From an uncultured Eubacteriales bacterium (GTDB lineage: Bacteria; Bacillota; Clostridia; TANB77; CAG-508), in the NCBI GenBank assembly GCA_949288175.1, contig CASEIV010000012.1:15616-79615 (forward strand): a DNA stretch of 64,000 nt, read 5' to 3'. The notes beneath the pieces were generated by a model. It was not told the origin of the DNA. It searched no databases and worked only from the letters and a program-made list of their open reading frames with translations. Shown one piece after another: positions 49,831 through 59,583 of the stretch (within the stretch, counting starts at the first letter, position 1; every line of letters starts with the position of its first letter). A program made the translations under genes and the position numbers.

Positions 49831-51090
49831 TTGAATAAAGTAATTGTGATTGGTGGTGGTCCTGCTGGAATGATGGCAGCGATTACTGCAAAAGAAAATA
49901 AAAATGAAGTATTGATAATTGAAAAGAATAATCAATTAGGGAAAAAGCTATTAATTACAGGAAAGGGAAGATGTAATATTACATCTTCTTTAGAGATGGA
50001 AGATTTTATCAAAAATACACCAGGAAATGGGATGTTTTTGTATAGTGCCTATCAACAATATACCAACAAAGACATAATTGAATTTTTAAAACAACAAGGA
50101 CTAGAGATAAAAGAAGAAAGAGGAAACCGAATTTTTCCAGTAACAGATAAATCTATAGATGTTTTAAAATGCTTTACGAAAAAACTTAAGGAATTAAATA
50201 TAAATATAAAATATAATACAAAAGTTGAAGAAATCTTAACAGAAATGGTAAATGGAGAAACTGTAGTAATAGGTGTAAAAACAGATAAGGAAATCATAAA
50301 AGCCAATAAAGTTATATTGGCAACAGGAGGAAAAAGTTATCCATTAACAGGCTCAACAGGTGATGGATATCAATTGGTAGAAAAATTAGGACATAATATA
50401 ACACCAATAAAACCATCATTAGTCCCTTTAGAAGTATATGATAGAACAGAATGTAAGGAATTACAGGGATTAAGTTTAAGAAATGTCAGAATACAATTAA
50501 TAGATATAGAAAAAAACAAACAAGTATATGAAGACTTTGGAGAAATGGTATTTACGCATTTTGGAGTTTCAGGACCAACCATTTTAAGCTCATCAGCACA
50601 TCTGGTTAGATATAAAAATATGGATAAATTATTTCATGAAAAAAAGATTGTTTTAAAAATAGATTTAAAACCTGCTTTGGATGAGAAAAAATTAAATGAT
50701 AGAATTTTAAGAGACTTTGAAGAAGTGAAAAATAAGCAATTTAAAAATAGTTTAGATAAATTACTACCACAAAAATTAATACCAATCATCATTAGAAGAA
50801 GTAAAATAAATCCGAATAAACAAGTAAATGAAATAACCAAAAAGGAAAGAGAAGAATTAATAACACAAATAAAGGACTTTGAAATTATCATAAAAGGCTT
50901 TAGACCAATAGAAGAAGCAATCATTACAAGCGGAGGAATCAATATCAAAGAAATCAATCCTAAAACAATGGAATCAAAAAAAGTAAAGGGACTATATTTT
51001 GCAGGAGAAATTATTGATGTGGATAGTTATACAGGAGGATTTAATTTACAAATAGCATATTCTACAGGGTATGTGGCAGGATTAAACTAG
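49831..51090 (+). CDS. NAD(P)/FAD-dependent oxidoreductase, HI0933/BaiN-like flavoprotein
   Basis: 'VIVIGGGPAGMMAAI' and a C-terminal 'GGFNLQ' pattern. A TTG start was chosen downstream of the palindrome. Confidence 0.65.
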   Translation: MNKVIVIGGGPAGMMAAITAKENKNEVLIIEKNNQLGKKLLITGKGRCNITSSLEMEDFIKNTPGNGMFLYSAYQQYTNKDIIEFLKQQGLEIKEERGNRIFPVTDKSIDVLKCFTKKLKELNINIKYNTKVEEILTEMVNGETVVIGVKTDKEIIKANKVILATGGKSYPLTGSTGDGYQLVEKLGHNITPIKPSLVPLEVYDRTECKELQGLSLRNVRIQLIDIEKNKQVYEDFGEMVFTHFGVSGPTILSSSAHLVRYKNMDKLFHEKKIVLKIDLKPALDEKKLNDRILRDFEEVKNKQFKNSLDKLLPQKLIPIIIRRSKINPNKQVNEITKKEREELITQIKDFEIIIKGFRPIEEAIITSGGINIKEINPKTMESKKVKGLYFAGEIIDVDSYTGGFNLQIAYSTGYVAGLN

Positions 51091-51092
51091 TA

Positions 51093-51172
51093 CAAAAAAT
51101 GTCGCGTAGACAAACGAACCCAATGAGACAAAAAATGTCGCATAGACAAACGAACCTAATGCGACAAAAAGG
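51093..51172 (+). repeat. Tandem 36-bp direct repeat (2.2 copies): ACAAAAAATGTCGCRTAGACAAACGAACCYAATGMG
   Basis: The repeat was read directly and lies immediately upstream of the yigZ-like gene. Confidence 0.7.
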
Positions 51173-51186
51173 AAAAGGAAGAAAAG

Positions 51187-51825
51187 ATGAATCGATATTT
51201 AACGATAAAAAACAATATAGAAACTGAAATTGTTGTAAAAAAATCAAAATTTATTGCAAATTTTATAAAAGTAACATCAAAGGAACAAGCGGAAGAAGAA
51301 ATCAAAAAAGTGAAAAAGAAATATTTTGATGCAAGACATAATTGTATTTCTTATAGAGTACTAGAAGATGAAAAAATCGTAGAAAGATTTAGTGATGATG
51401 GAGAACCTTCTGGAACTGCAGGAGGACCGATGTTAAATATCCTACAAAAAAATAATCTAGTAAATGTATTGATTGTTGTAACAAGATATTTTGGAGGGAT
51501 ATTATTAGGAACTGGCGGTTTGGTTAGGGCATATTCAGATAGTTTACAAACATCAATCGAAGAGAGTACGCTATTAGAACTTACAATAGGAACAGAATGT
51601 GAAGTGAAATTGGAATACAATTATTTTGAAAAATTTAAATATTATTGTAAAAATAATGATATTCAAATAAAAGATACAACTTATACAGAGGAAATTGTTT
51701 GTAAAATAGAAATGGAAGAAGATAAAAAAGAGAAATTATTAAAAGATTATGCATTAAAAAATCTGAATTTTTTGGATTTTAAAGTTTTATCTAAAAAATA
51801 TATAGAAAAAAGTATACCAAAATAA
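51187..51825 (+). CDS. yigZ: IMPACT/YigZ family protein (UPF0029)
   Basis: 'ARHNCISYRV....DDGEPSGTAGGPML' IMPACT signature. Confidence 0.8.
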   Translation: MNRYLTIKNNIETEIVVKKSKFIANFIKVTSKEQAEEEIKKVKKKYFDARHNCISYRVLEDEKIVERFSDDGEPSGTAGGPMLNILQKNNLVNVLIVVTRYFGGILLGTGGLVRAYSDSLQTSIEESTLLELTIGTECEVKLEYNYFEKFKYYCKNNDIQIKDTTYTEEIVCKIEMEEDKKEKLLKDYALKNLNFLDFKVLSKKYIEKSIPK

Positions 51826-51937
51826 TTGTTTTATAAAATAAATGGAAAAAATTACCAATTTATGTTGCAAATTATCATCTGCAAGCATATAATCTGAATT
51901 GTAAAATATTTACAATTTGTTTTTTGGAGGAAAAATT

Positions 51938-52762
51938 ATGAAAGAAAAGATTACAGTCTTAATAGCAGATGACAATCAAGAATTTAGTCAAACATTAGCA
52001 TCATATATAGATGCACAAGAAGATATGGAGGTTATAGCCAAAGCAAAAGATGGAACAGAAGTAATAGATATTATAGCAAATACAGTACCAGATATTATCT
52101 TACTAGATGTGATTATGCCACATTTAGATGGTTTAGGTGTTTTAGAAAATATTAATAAAATTAAAATAGCAAAAAAACCAATTTGCATTATGCTATCAGC
52201 AGTTGGACAAGATAAAATAACACAAAGAGCGATAGAATTGGGAGCACAATATTATGTAGTAAAACCTTTTGATATTGAAGTATTAATACAAAGGATAAGA
52301 GAGTTCAAATTTTATAAACCAACAACAACAAATACAAATAATAATTTTATAACTAGAGAAACAAAGCAACAATACATAGAAATATCTTCAGAGAATACAA
52401 AGTCAGAAGAAAATTTAGAAGCATTAGTGACAAATATTATTCATGAAGTTGGTGTACCTGCACATATTAAAGGATATCAATATTTAAGAGAAGCCATTAT
52501 GATGGTAGTAAATGATATAGATGTCATTAATCAAATTACCAAAAGTCTATATCCACAAATTGCACGTAAATTTAATACAACACCAAGTCGCGTAGAAAGA
52601 GCTATTCGTCATGCAATTGAAGTGGCTTGGGGAAGAGGACAACAAGAAATTGTTGAAAATATATTTGGTTATACGATTTCAGCAGCTAAAGGAAAGCCAA
52701 CTAACTCAGAGTTTATAGCAATGATAGCTGACAAATTAAGATTAGAATTGAAGAGTGCGTAG
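51938..52762 (+). CDS. spo0A: Stage 0 sporulation protein A (response regulator, master sporulation regulator)
   Basis: A receiver domain (LIADDN...[11 protein letters not shown]) and the Spo0A-specific C-terminal DNA-binding region '[17 protein letters not shown]...[15 protein letters not shown]'. Confidence 0.95.
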   Translation: MKEKITVLIADDNQEFSQTLASYIDAQEDMEVIAKAKDGTEVIDIIANTVPDIILLDVIMPHLDGLGVLENINKIKIAKKPICIMLSAVGQDKITQRAIELGAQYYVVKPFDIEVLIQRIREFKFYKPTTTNTNNNFITRETKQQYIEISSENTKSEENLEALVTNIIHEVGVPAHIKGYQYLREAIMMVVNDIDVINQITKSLYPQIARKFNTTPSRVERAIRHAIEVAWGRGQQEIVENIFGYTISAAKGKPTNSEFIAMIADKLRLELKSA

Positions 52763-52932
52763 AATTTAATTAATTATAGGTAGAAGGATAGAAGATAAGA
52801 GTAAATCGATATTCCATGAATGAAAGTAAAAGAAGAAAAGAGAGAATACATAGTCAAAATAGAGTAGAATTTAAAATCTGCTCTGTTTTTTTTACAAAAA
52901 ATAGCAATCCTTAGTTTTATCAAGGAAATATG

Positions 52933-52961
52933 ATTGAAATATTATGTAAATTATGATATAA
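52933..52961 (+). promoter_or_regulatory. Sigma-A-like promoter TTGAAA-17-TATAAT upstream of the 53007 gene
   Basis: The hexamers and spacing were read directly. Confidence 0.5.
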
Positions 52962-53006
52962 TATCGAAAAAATGAAATTAGTTGTTATTTAAGAAAAGGA
53001 GAAAAT

Positions 53007-53735
53007 ATGAGAATATTTGCATTTAAAGATGAAGAAACAAATCAAATATGGGCGATTACAACTAAAATGTGGTCAGAGAACCAAGAGGTATTTAATACAC
53101 AAATGAAAGGAGCAAAGCAACAAGCATTAGTAACAGTTGTATATGAAGATGGTGGAGAATTAAATAAAGTTATCATTGGAGATAAATATATACAAATTGC
53201 AGGTGCCAATGCATTAAATCCAAAGGTAGGTGCAAAAAATTGGAATGATTGTTATGTTGTTGAAGGAGATAGAGTGTTTCCAAAAGATGTTGTGGAAGGT
53301 AAAAAAGATCTTACATTAAATGAAGCTATGGAAGGTGTTTTTTTAGAGGGAAAACTCGAAGACTTGGTAAAAAACAAATATATTAAAGGGCTTCCTAAAA
53401 ATGTTGTAGAAAATATCGATTCAGAAGAATGTAGAAAAGAATTGGAAGATTATTTTCAAACACATATTTCAATATTAGAACGAAAACAGCCATCAAACAT
53501 TAACTTTGAAGATAATCAACAATTAGATGCAATCAGTAGAGGGTGTATAGCAGAAATTAGACAAATTGAAAAAGAAATTGGAAAACAGGATGAAGACTTG
53601 CCAGCAGATAAAGTGAATGAGATGTTGCAAGAAAAACAGAAAAAAGTAGAAAGAGCGAAAAAAATAGCAGAAGAATTAGCATCATTGGCAGAAGAATTAG
53701 GAAAAACTCCACAAGATTTTTTAAAAGGAGAATAA
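53007..53735 (+). CDS. Hypothetical cytoplasmic protein (242 aa, acidic coiled-coil C-terminus)
   Basis: An ORF with RBS AAAGGAG. No family was recognised. Confidence 0.4.
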   Translation: MRIFAFKDEETNQIWAITTKMWSENQEVFNTQMKGAKQQALVTVVYEDGGELNKVIIGDKYIQIAGANALNPKVGAKNWNDCYVVEGDRVFPKDVVEGKKDLTLNEAMEGVFLEGKLEDLVKNKYIKGLPKNVVENIDSEECRKELEDYFQTHISILERKQPSNINFEDNQQLDAISRGCIAEIRQIEKEIGKQDEDLPADKVNEMLQEKQKKVERAKKIAEELASLAEELGKTPQDFLKGE

Positions 53736-54164
53736 ATGAAAATAGAAGAAAAAGATATAAATGAATTGGAAGAATCATTGAAGCATTATACAGAAATAAA
53801 AATTAGATTTATACGTACGATAAATCAATATACTGAAAAAGAAAGAGAAATGTTTTGGGAAAAATTTTATGAACGAAAATTAAATATATTATTAAATATT
53901 TTATATTATAATTACACCCAAAATAATCTAACAATATATAAAAACCCATTTTTTGAAATTCCAAAAGAAGAAGTAAAAAAATATAGAGAAATGATCTGTA
54001 TAGAATTAAGTAAGATGAATATTGATAAAATTGCATCAAAAAATACTTTATTAAAACAATATGAAGATTTAAAAGATAAAATCAAAAGCAAAAAAGAAGA
54101 GTTTATATATAATCAAGAATTTTGGAAATTATTTATGAATTTTTATAGTATATATAGTGATTAA
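53736..54164 (+). CDS. Hypothetical protein (142 aa), translationally coupled to the preceding gene
   Basis: Its ATG immediately follows the upstream TAA. Confidence 0.35.
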   Translation: MKIEEKDINELEESLKHYTEIKIRFIRTINQYTEKEREMFWEKFYERKLNILLNILYYNYTQNNLTIYKNPFFEIPKEEVKKYREMICIELSKMNIDKIASKNTLLKQYEDLKDKIKSKKEEFIYNQEFWKLFMNFYSIYSD

Positions 54165-54283
54165 ATATTTTTGTTTTATATCAATATTGAAAAAATTGAC
54201 TAAGATGTATAAAAAATAATTTGCATTAAGAAAATAAATTTGGTATAATATAGCGATAAAAAATATTAGGAGGTTTTTTTGTA

Positions 54284-54613
54284 ATGAAAAAGCGGTTGGT
54301 AATAGTTGGGAGTATCTTGATGTTGACGGTGAGTATGGTCTGTGGATGTAGTTTGAAAGAAACGACTGAAATATCGGCAGACCGGCAAGAGTATGCAGAG
54401 AATGCATATGAACTGGGGTTAGCAGAGGCATTAGCTGTAGCGCTTATGCCTCCAGAAGAGGCAGCAGAGGTCCAAGAAATAATACACGAAGCGATGTCTC
54501 AAGAACTATCTCTTGAAGAACAAGAGGAAGTGTCAGAAAAAATATTTGAGATGTTGAGTGAATATATTACCACAGAGTATGAGGGGATGGACAACATGTA
54601 TCATCAGTTGTAA
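54284..54613 (+). CDS. Small acidic putative lipoprotein, compositionally atypical (GC-rich)
   Basis: A signal peptide with a VCGC lipobox-like site; a GGAGG RBS; a terminator CAGGCGCGTCAT..ATGTGCCTGTTTTTTT follows. Confidence 0.45.
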   Translation: MKKRLVIVGSILMLTVSMVCGCSLKETTEISADRQEYAENAYELGLAEALAVALMPPEEAAEVQEIIHEAMSQELSLEEQEEVSEKIFEMLSEYITTEYEGMDNMYHQL

Positions 54614-54726
54614 GTCCCGGAGAGAAGCAGGCGCGTCATAAATACGATGTGCCTGTTTTTTTATGTATAAAATGAAAAAATCTGGAAATACTCAAAATAA
54701 ATACATAAGAAACGAAGGAGGTACAG

Positions 54727-55062
54727 ATGGAAGATATTGATTTAAAAAATATGGTAATTTTAAAAGACTTACCATCAAATATAGTGAAAGAAGCTTATGT
54801 GGTTTTTAAATCTAACAAAATGATAAAAAAATTCCAAAAGATAAATAAAAATACAGAACAAAAGCAAGTAAAAAGAGAAAACGAAGATAGTCAATATGCG
54901 ATAAAAGAAGCAGAAATGTTAGTATCAGAATATATAGAAAGAGTAGAAAAGTCTGAAAAAGAAGTGATTTTAAATTCCAAAGTAAATAAAAAATTAAAAA
55001 AATATGCATATATAGCAAGTATTATTATGGTTTTACAATTTATATTATTAATCATGAAATAA
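54727..55062 (+). CDS. Hypothetical protein with a C-terminal TM anchor
   Basis: An ORF with RBS GGAGG and a hydrophobic C-terminus. Confidence 0.35.
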   Translation: MEDIDLKNMVILKDLPSNIVKEAYVVFKSNKMIKKFQKINKNTEQKQVKRENEDSQYAIKEAEMLVSEYIERVEKSEKEVILNSKVNKKLKKYAYIASIIMVLQFILLIMK

Positions 55063-55123
55063 GCATAAAACACCTTTTCCGAACATATAGTTTAACAAGA
55101 AACCAAGGAAGAGGTGTTTTTAT

Positions 55124-56026
55124 ATGGAAAGAACAATGACTGTAGAAGAAAGAATTAGACGAGCAGAAGAAATCTATGAGCGTCGAAAAAGAAATGAGGG
55201 ACTAACAGTTGTTCATGAAGAAAAGGATAAAAAAGAAAAACATGAAAAAAAGGATGTAAAATTATTAAGAAAAATGTTTATTCAACTGTTAGTGTGTATA
55301 TGTATCTATCTAGTCATTTATACAATACAAAATCAGCAATATATATTTTCAGAAGATTTCATTAATAAAGTAAATGAAATCATTTCTTATGATATTGATT
55401 TTAAAAAATTATATGAAGATACTAAAAATTATGTGATGGGAATGTTTAATAAAGAAAACAAAATTCAGGATTCAAACGAAGGTCAAAGTGAAGAAAGTAA
55501 TGAGATAAATGTAACAGAAAATATGGAAATAAATAATGGTATCGGAGGTGCAACAGAGGAAAACGCAGAAGAGATTGAGCCAGTAGAAGAAAATCAAAAC
55601 TTATCGCAAGAAGAGCAAGATATCCTTGATGTAAAAAATACAACAAGTTTTATAAAACCAGTGGAAGGCACGATTAGTTCTATATATGGCTATAGAGAAA
55701 CGGCGACAGGGAACGTACCTAAAGACCATACAGGGACAGATATAGCAGCAATAACAGGGACAAAGATAAAATCGGCAACTGATGGACAGGTGGTTTTGGC
55801 TTCAGAAGAGGGAGATTATGGAAAACATATAAAAGTACAAATAGGCCAAGTTAGTATTGTTTATGCACATTGCAATAGTTTATATGTAAAAGAAGGTGAT
55901 ATGGTTACACAGGGACAAGAAATAGCAGAAGTAGGGTCTACTGGAAATTCAACAGGTCCGCATTTACATTTTGAAATTCGAATATCGGAAAGAACTGTTG
56001 ATCCACAAAAGATATTAGAATTATAA
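55124..56026 (+). CDS. Membrane-anchored M23 (LytM) peptidase-domain protein, SpoIVFA-like by context
   Basis: An N-terminal TM and a C-terminal M23 domain with 'HTGTDIAA' (HxxxD) and 'GPHLHFEIR' (HxH). It lies directly upstream of an M50 SpoIVFB-like gene, as in the spoIVFA-spoIVFB operon. Confidence 0.55.
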   Translation: MERTMTVEERIRRAEEIYERRKRNEGLTVVHEEKDKKEKHEKKDVKLLRKMFIQLLVCICIYLVIYTIQNQQYIFSEDFINKVNEIISYDIDFKKLYEDTKNYVMGMFNKENKIQDSNEGQSEESNEINVTENMEINNGIGGATEENAEEIEPVEENQNLSQEEQDILDVKNTTSFIKPVEGTISSIYGYRETATGNVPKDHTGTDIAAITGTKIKSATDGQVVLASEEGDYGKHIKVQIGQVSIVYAHCNSLYVKEGDMVTQGQEIAEVGSTGNSTGPHLHFEIRISERTVDPQKILEL

Positions 56027-56036
56027 AGGAGAAAAG

Positions 56037-56747
56037 ATGAAATTTAGAATTGATTTAAAAATATTTATACTTGTTATATTGTTCTTCATAACCAATCAAA
56101 TAAAAATATATGCTATGATTATGTTATTTGCCATTACACATGAAATAGGACATTTACTGGCTGGAATTTTATTAGGAATGAGACCGACCGAAATGGAGAT
56201 AAATCCATTTGGAGTATCAATCGATTTTGATATCAAAAGAAAGGATTATAATGTTAAGATAGGAAAAGGAAATTTGCTAGAGTTAAAAAAAATATTTGTA
56301 GCATTAGCAGGTCCAGTAACAAATGCATGGATAATTATTATTTTAATGGAATTTCATATTTTCAATTTTAATGATTATGATAAAATGATAATGATATTTT
56401 CAAATATAACATTAATTATTTTTAACATATTGCCAATATATCCATTAGATGGTGGAAGAATATTAAAGAGCATCATCTATATTGGAAAAGGAAAATATAT
56501 TGCCGAAAAATACATATATAGAATATCATATATAACTTTGATTATTATAACAATAATCAGTAGTATAGCAATATTATATTTAGAAAACATTGCTATATTT
56601 TTAGCAACTATTTTTTTATGGGGATTACAAATGAAGGAACATATCATATATAAAAATCGAAAAATATTGTATGATACAATACAACAAGAAATGAACAAAT
56701 GTGAATATAAAAATATGGATATTCCTATTGAAAATAAAGTAAATTGA
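56037..56747 (+). CDS. spoIVFB: M50 site-2 protease, SpoIVFB-like (pro-sigma-K processing protease family)
   Basis: 'AITHEIGHLLAG' HExxH within a TM helix, and a 'LAGPVTNAW' motif. Confidence 0.65.
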   Translation: MKFRIDLKIFILVILFFITNQIKIYAMIMLFAITHEIGHLLAGILLGMRPTEMEINPFGVSIDFDIKRKDYNVKIGKGNLLELKKIFVALAGPVTNAWIIIILMEFHIFNFNDYDKMIMIFSNITLIIFNILPIYPLDGGRILKSIIYIGKGKYIAEKYIYRISYITLIIITIISSIAILYLENIAIFLATIFLWGLQMKEHIIYKNRKILYDTIQQEMNKCEYKNMDIPIENKVN

Positions 56748-56779
56748 TAGTAAACTATACTAAAGAAGGTTGGAGGTAA

Positions 56780-58471
56780 ATGCAAATGATGAAAAAAGAC
56801 AAAGGAATTACGCTGATTTCATTATCAATAGCGGTTATTATCATATTAACGATAACAGGAATGATACTGTATTCTGCAAAAGATAATATATATATAAAAA
56901 ATTTAACAAATATGCAGAATGATATAGCAAATTTGAGAGATAAAATATCTTTATATTATTCAGAATATGGGGATATACCAGCTAAAACAGAATATCCAGA
57001 TATAACGAATTTAAAAAATGCAGGAGTTATAGGGGCAAATGATACAGGAAACTTTTTAATCATAGAATTAGAAGAATTAAATGGACTAACTTTAAATTAT
57101 GGAGGAGATTACGAAACTTATAAAGAAAAAGCAAACAAAGGTGATTATACAAATCTAGAGGATTTAACAGATATTTATATTATTAATGAAGATAGTCATA
57201 ATATTTTTTACGTAGAAGGAATACGTGTGAAAGAAAATAATACTACGAAAATGTATTATACAGATTATACGCAAGGAGATACACAAAGTGTAAAAATGAA
57301 AATAGTAGACGGAGTTATTATACCAAATGAGTTTTATTATGTTGGAGGAACAAAAGATTCAGGATTGGTAATTTCAGATGATTCTAGTGATGAAAATGCG
57401 TATAAAAATGAAGAAATAGTAGGAAATGATTTAAAAGGAAATCAATTTGTATGGGTACCAGTGGAAAATTTTAGTGAGTTTAAAAGAGAACATTTTGGTA
57501 CAAGTTCGCAAAAATGGTGGACGGGAACATTTGTAACAGATGGATTAAGTGCTAATAATTTATATGAGCCAGTATCAGACGGAACCAAAGATGAGACAGA
57601 AGTGGATAAAATGTATAAAAGTGTAAAAGAAAATAAAGGATTTTATGTAGGAAGGTATGAAGCAGGGACAACTGAAACAAGCGGAACAGGAATTAGAGGA
57701 GATTTAGTTTGTAAGCAGGGTGTAAATGTATATAACAATATAAAATGGGGAAATAGTATTTCAGATGAAAGTGGAGGAGCAGTAGAAGTAGCAAGGGGAA
57801 TGTATTCAAAAGAGAATGGAAATAGTGTCACAAGTACATTAATGTATGGGGTACAATGGGATGCAATTATGAGATGGATGAAGGATGAACCAAATTTGAC
57901 AGAAGGAAAATATGTGCAAGATAGTACTGATATGGGATGGTATAATAATAATTCAAGTGGAAACCAAAACCATTTAACAGGAAAAGATTTAAATGAAGGA
58001 AAAAACGCAGTTAAAAATATTTATGATTTAGCAGGAAATGTTGAAGAATGGACAATGGAGTCTTTTGACACTTTTGCTATAGTTAACAGAGGAGGAATTT
58101 ACAATTTTTCAGGTTCTGACCATCCAGTTTCTTCTCGTAATAGAGACCGTTATCCATCTCGTGGTAGTGCTGATAATGGTTTCCGTGTTGCTTTATATTT
58201 AAATATAGATGATGAAGAAACATCAGAAGATTCACCAGTTGTTGAAACTAAGGAATTTACAATTGATGGAGTGGTATACAAATTTGAAGAAGGCATGAAC
58301 TTTGGAACATGGGTGAATTCAAAATACAATACAAATGAATGGAAAATATCACCAAGTAGTTATGTTACTAATTCAACTTATACCAAAACGGTAAGAGATT
58401 TAAATGGTAATCTAGTGTATTACAATACAAAAATTACTGAAAATATAAACTATATCACATTGGATGTATAA
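56780..58471 (+). CDS. Protein with an N-terminal pilin-like hydrophobic segment and a C-terminal FGE-sulfatase (SUMF1/DUF323) domain
   Basis: 'KGITLISLSIAVIIIL' prepilin-like N-terminus lacking Glu at position +5. C-terminus 'GFYVGRYEAG', 'YGVQWDAIMRW', 'NGFRVAL' matches the FGE-sulfatase domain. Confidence 0.55.
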   Translation: MQMMKKDKGITLISLSIAVIIILTITGMILYSAKDNIYIKNLTNMQNDIANLRDKISLYYSEYGDIPAKTEYPDITNLKNAGVIGANDTGNFLIIELEELNGLTLNYGGDYETYKEKANKGDYTNLEDLTDIYIINEDSHNIFYVEGIRVKENNTTKMYYTDYTQGDTQSVKMKIVDGVIIPNEFYYVGGTKDSGLVISDDSSDENAYKNEEIVGNDLKGNQFVWVPVENFSEFKREHFGTSSQKWWTGTFVTDGLSANNLYEPVSDGTKDETEVDKMYKSVKENKGFYVGRYEAGTTETSGTGIRGDLVCKQGVNVYNNIKWGNSISDESGGAVEVARGMYSKENGNSVTSTLMYGVQWDAIMRWMKDEPNLTEGKYVQDSTDMGWYNNNSSGNQNHLTGKDLNEGKNAVKNIYDLAGNVEEWTMESFDTFAIVNRGGIYNFSGSDHPVSSRNRDRYPSRGSADNGFRVALYLNIDDEETSEDSPVVETKEFTIDGVVYKFEEGMNFGTWVNSKYNTNEWKISPSSYVTNSTYTKTVRDLNGNLVYYNTKITENINYITLDV

Positions 58472-58759
58472 GAAGTGCTACTGTATGGCACTTTTTTAAT
58501 TTGATAGGAAGAGCAATTTTTACGTTGACAAATCTATTAATACAAATAGATTGAATTAGAAGAAAAGATAAAAAAATTTTAGGAGATTTGTTTATAAAAG
58601 ACATTGGGAAGGATAAATAATTAAATTTTGTAAACATTTTGTAACATTTTAGAAATATTTTTGTAATTTTAGTATCAAATGACATTGACAATTAATGGAT
58701 TTCGTTATATGATATACACATCAAAAAATATGTGTTTTTAAATCCTAAGGAGGAGAATT

Positions 58760-59554
58760 ATGGGAGAAGTAATTGTTATCACATCAGGAAAAGGTGGAGT
58801 AGGAAAAACAACAACAACAGCAAATTTAGGTTCTAGTTTAGCATTAGAAGGAAAAAAAGTTGTATTAATTGACACAGATATAGGATTACGTAATTTAGAT
58901 GTTGTTATGGGATTAGAAAATAGAATTGTATATGACATCGTTGATGTTGTGGAAGAAAAATGTAAATTAAGACAAGCATTAATAAAAGATAAAAGATTTA
59001 AAGAATTATACCTATTACCAGCAGCCCAAACGAGAGATAAAAGCGCAGTAAATGAAGAACAAATGAGAAATTTAGTAGGCAAATTAAAAGAAGAATTTGA
59101 CTATATCTTAATAGATTGTCCTGCTGGAATTGAGCAAGGGTTCAAAAATGCTATTGCAGGGGCAGATAGAGCCATTGTAGTTACAACAGCAGAAATATCT
59201 GCAATAAGAGATGCAGATAGAATTATAGGACTTTTAGAATCATCTGATATAAAAAATCCAGAATTGGTTATTAATAGAATAAGACCGAATATGGTAAGAA
59301 AAGGTGAAATGATGGATGTGGATGATATTGTAGATTTATTATCTATTGACTTAATTGGTGTGGTACCAGATGATGAATATATCATTACACAAACAAATAA
59401 AGGAGAGCCTGTTATTCAAAATAGAAGAGCACCATCAGGAAAGGCATATATTGAAATAGCAAAAAGAGTATTAGGAGAAAAAATAGAAGTAACAATTCCA
59501 GGAAGAGAAAAAGGATTTTTTGCAAAATTAAAAAGATTATTTAAGAAATCATAA
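58760..59554 (+). CDS. minD: Septum site-determining ATPase MinD
   Basis: 'ITSGKGGVGKTTTTANL' deviant Walker A. Confidence 0.95.
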   Translation: MGEVIVITSGKGGVGKTTTTANLGSSLALEGKKVVLIDTDIGLRNLDVVMGLENRIVYDIVDVVEEKCKLRQALIKDKRFKELYLLPAAQTRDKSAVNEEQMRNLVGKLKEEFDYILIDCPAGIEQGFKNAIAGADRAIVVTTAEISAIRDADRIIGLLESSDIKNPELVINRIRPNMVRKGEMMDVDDIVDLLSIDLIGVVPDDEYIITQTNKGEPVIQNRRAPSGKAYIEIAKRVLGEKIEVTIPGREKGFFAKLKRLFKKS

Positions 59555-59583
59555 TAAAACAAAAGTTGGAGGGAAATTTAAGA

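Noticed and set aside
51093-51172. Possible CRISPR array
   Set aside because: There are only two adjacent repeat units with no spacers between them and no cas genes nearby. It is a simple tandem duplication.
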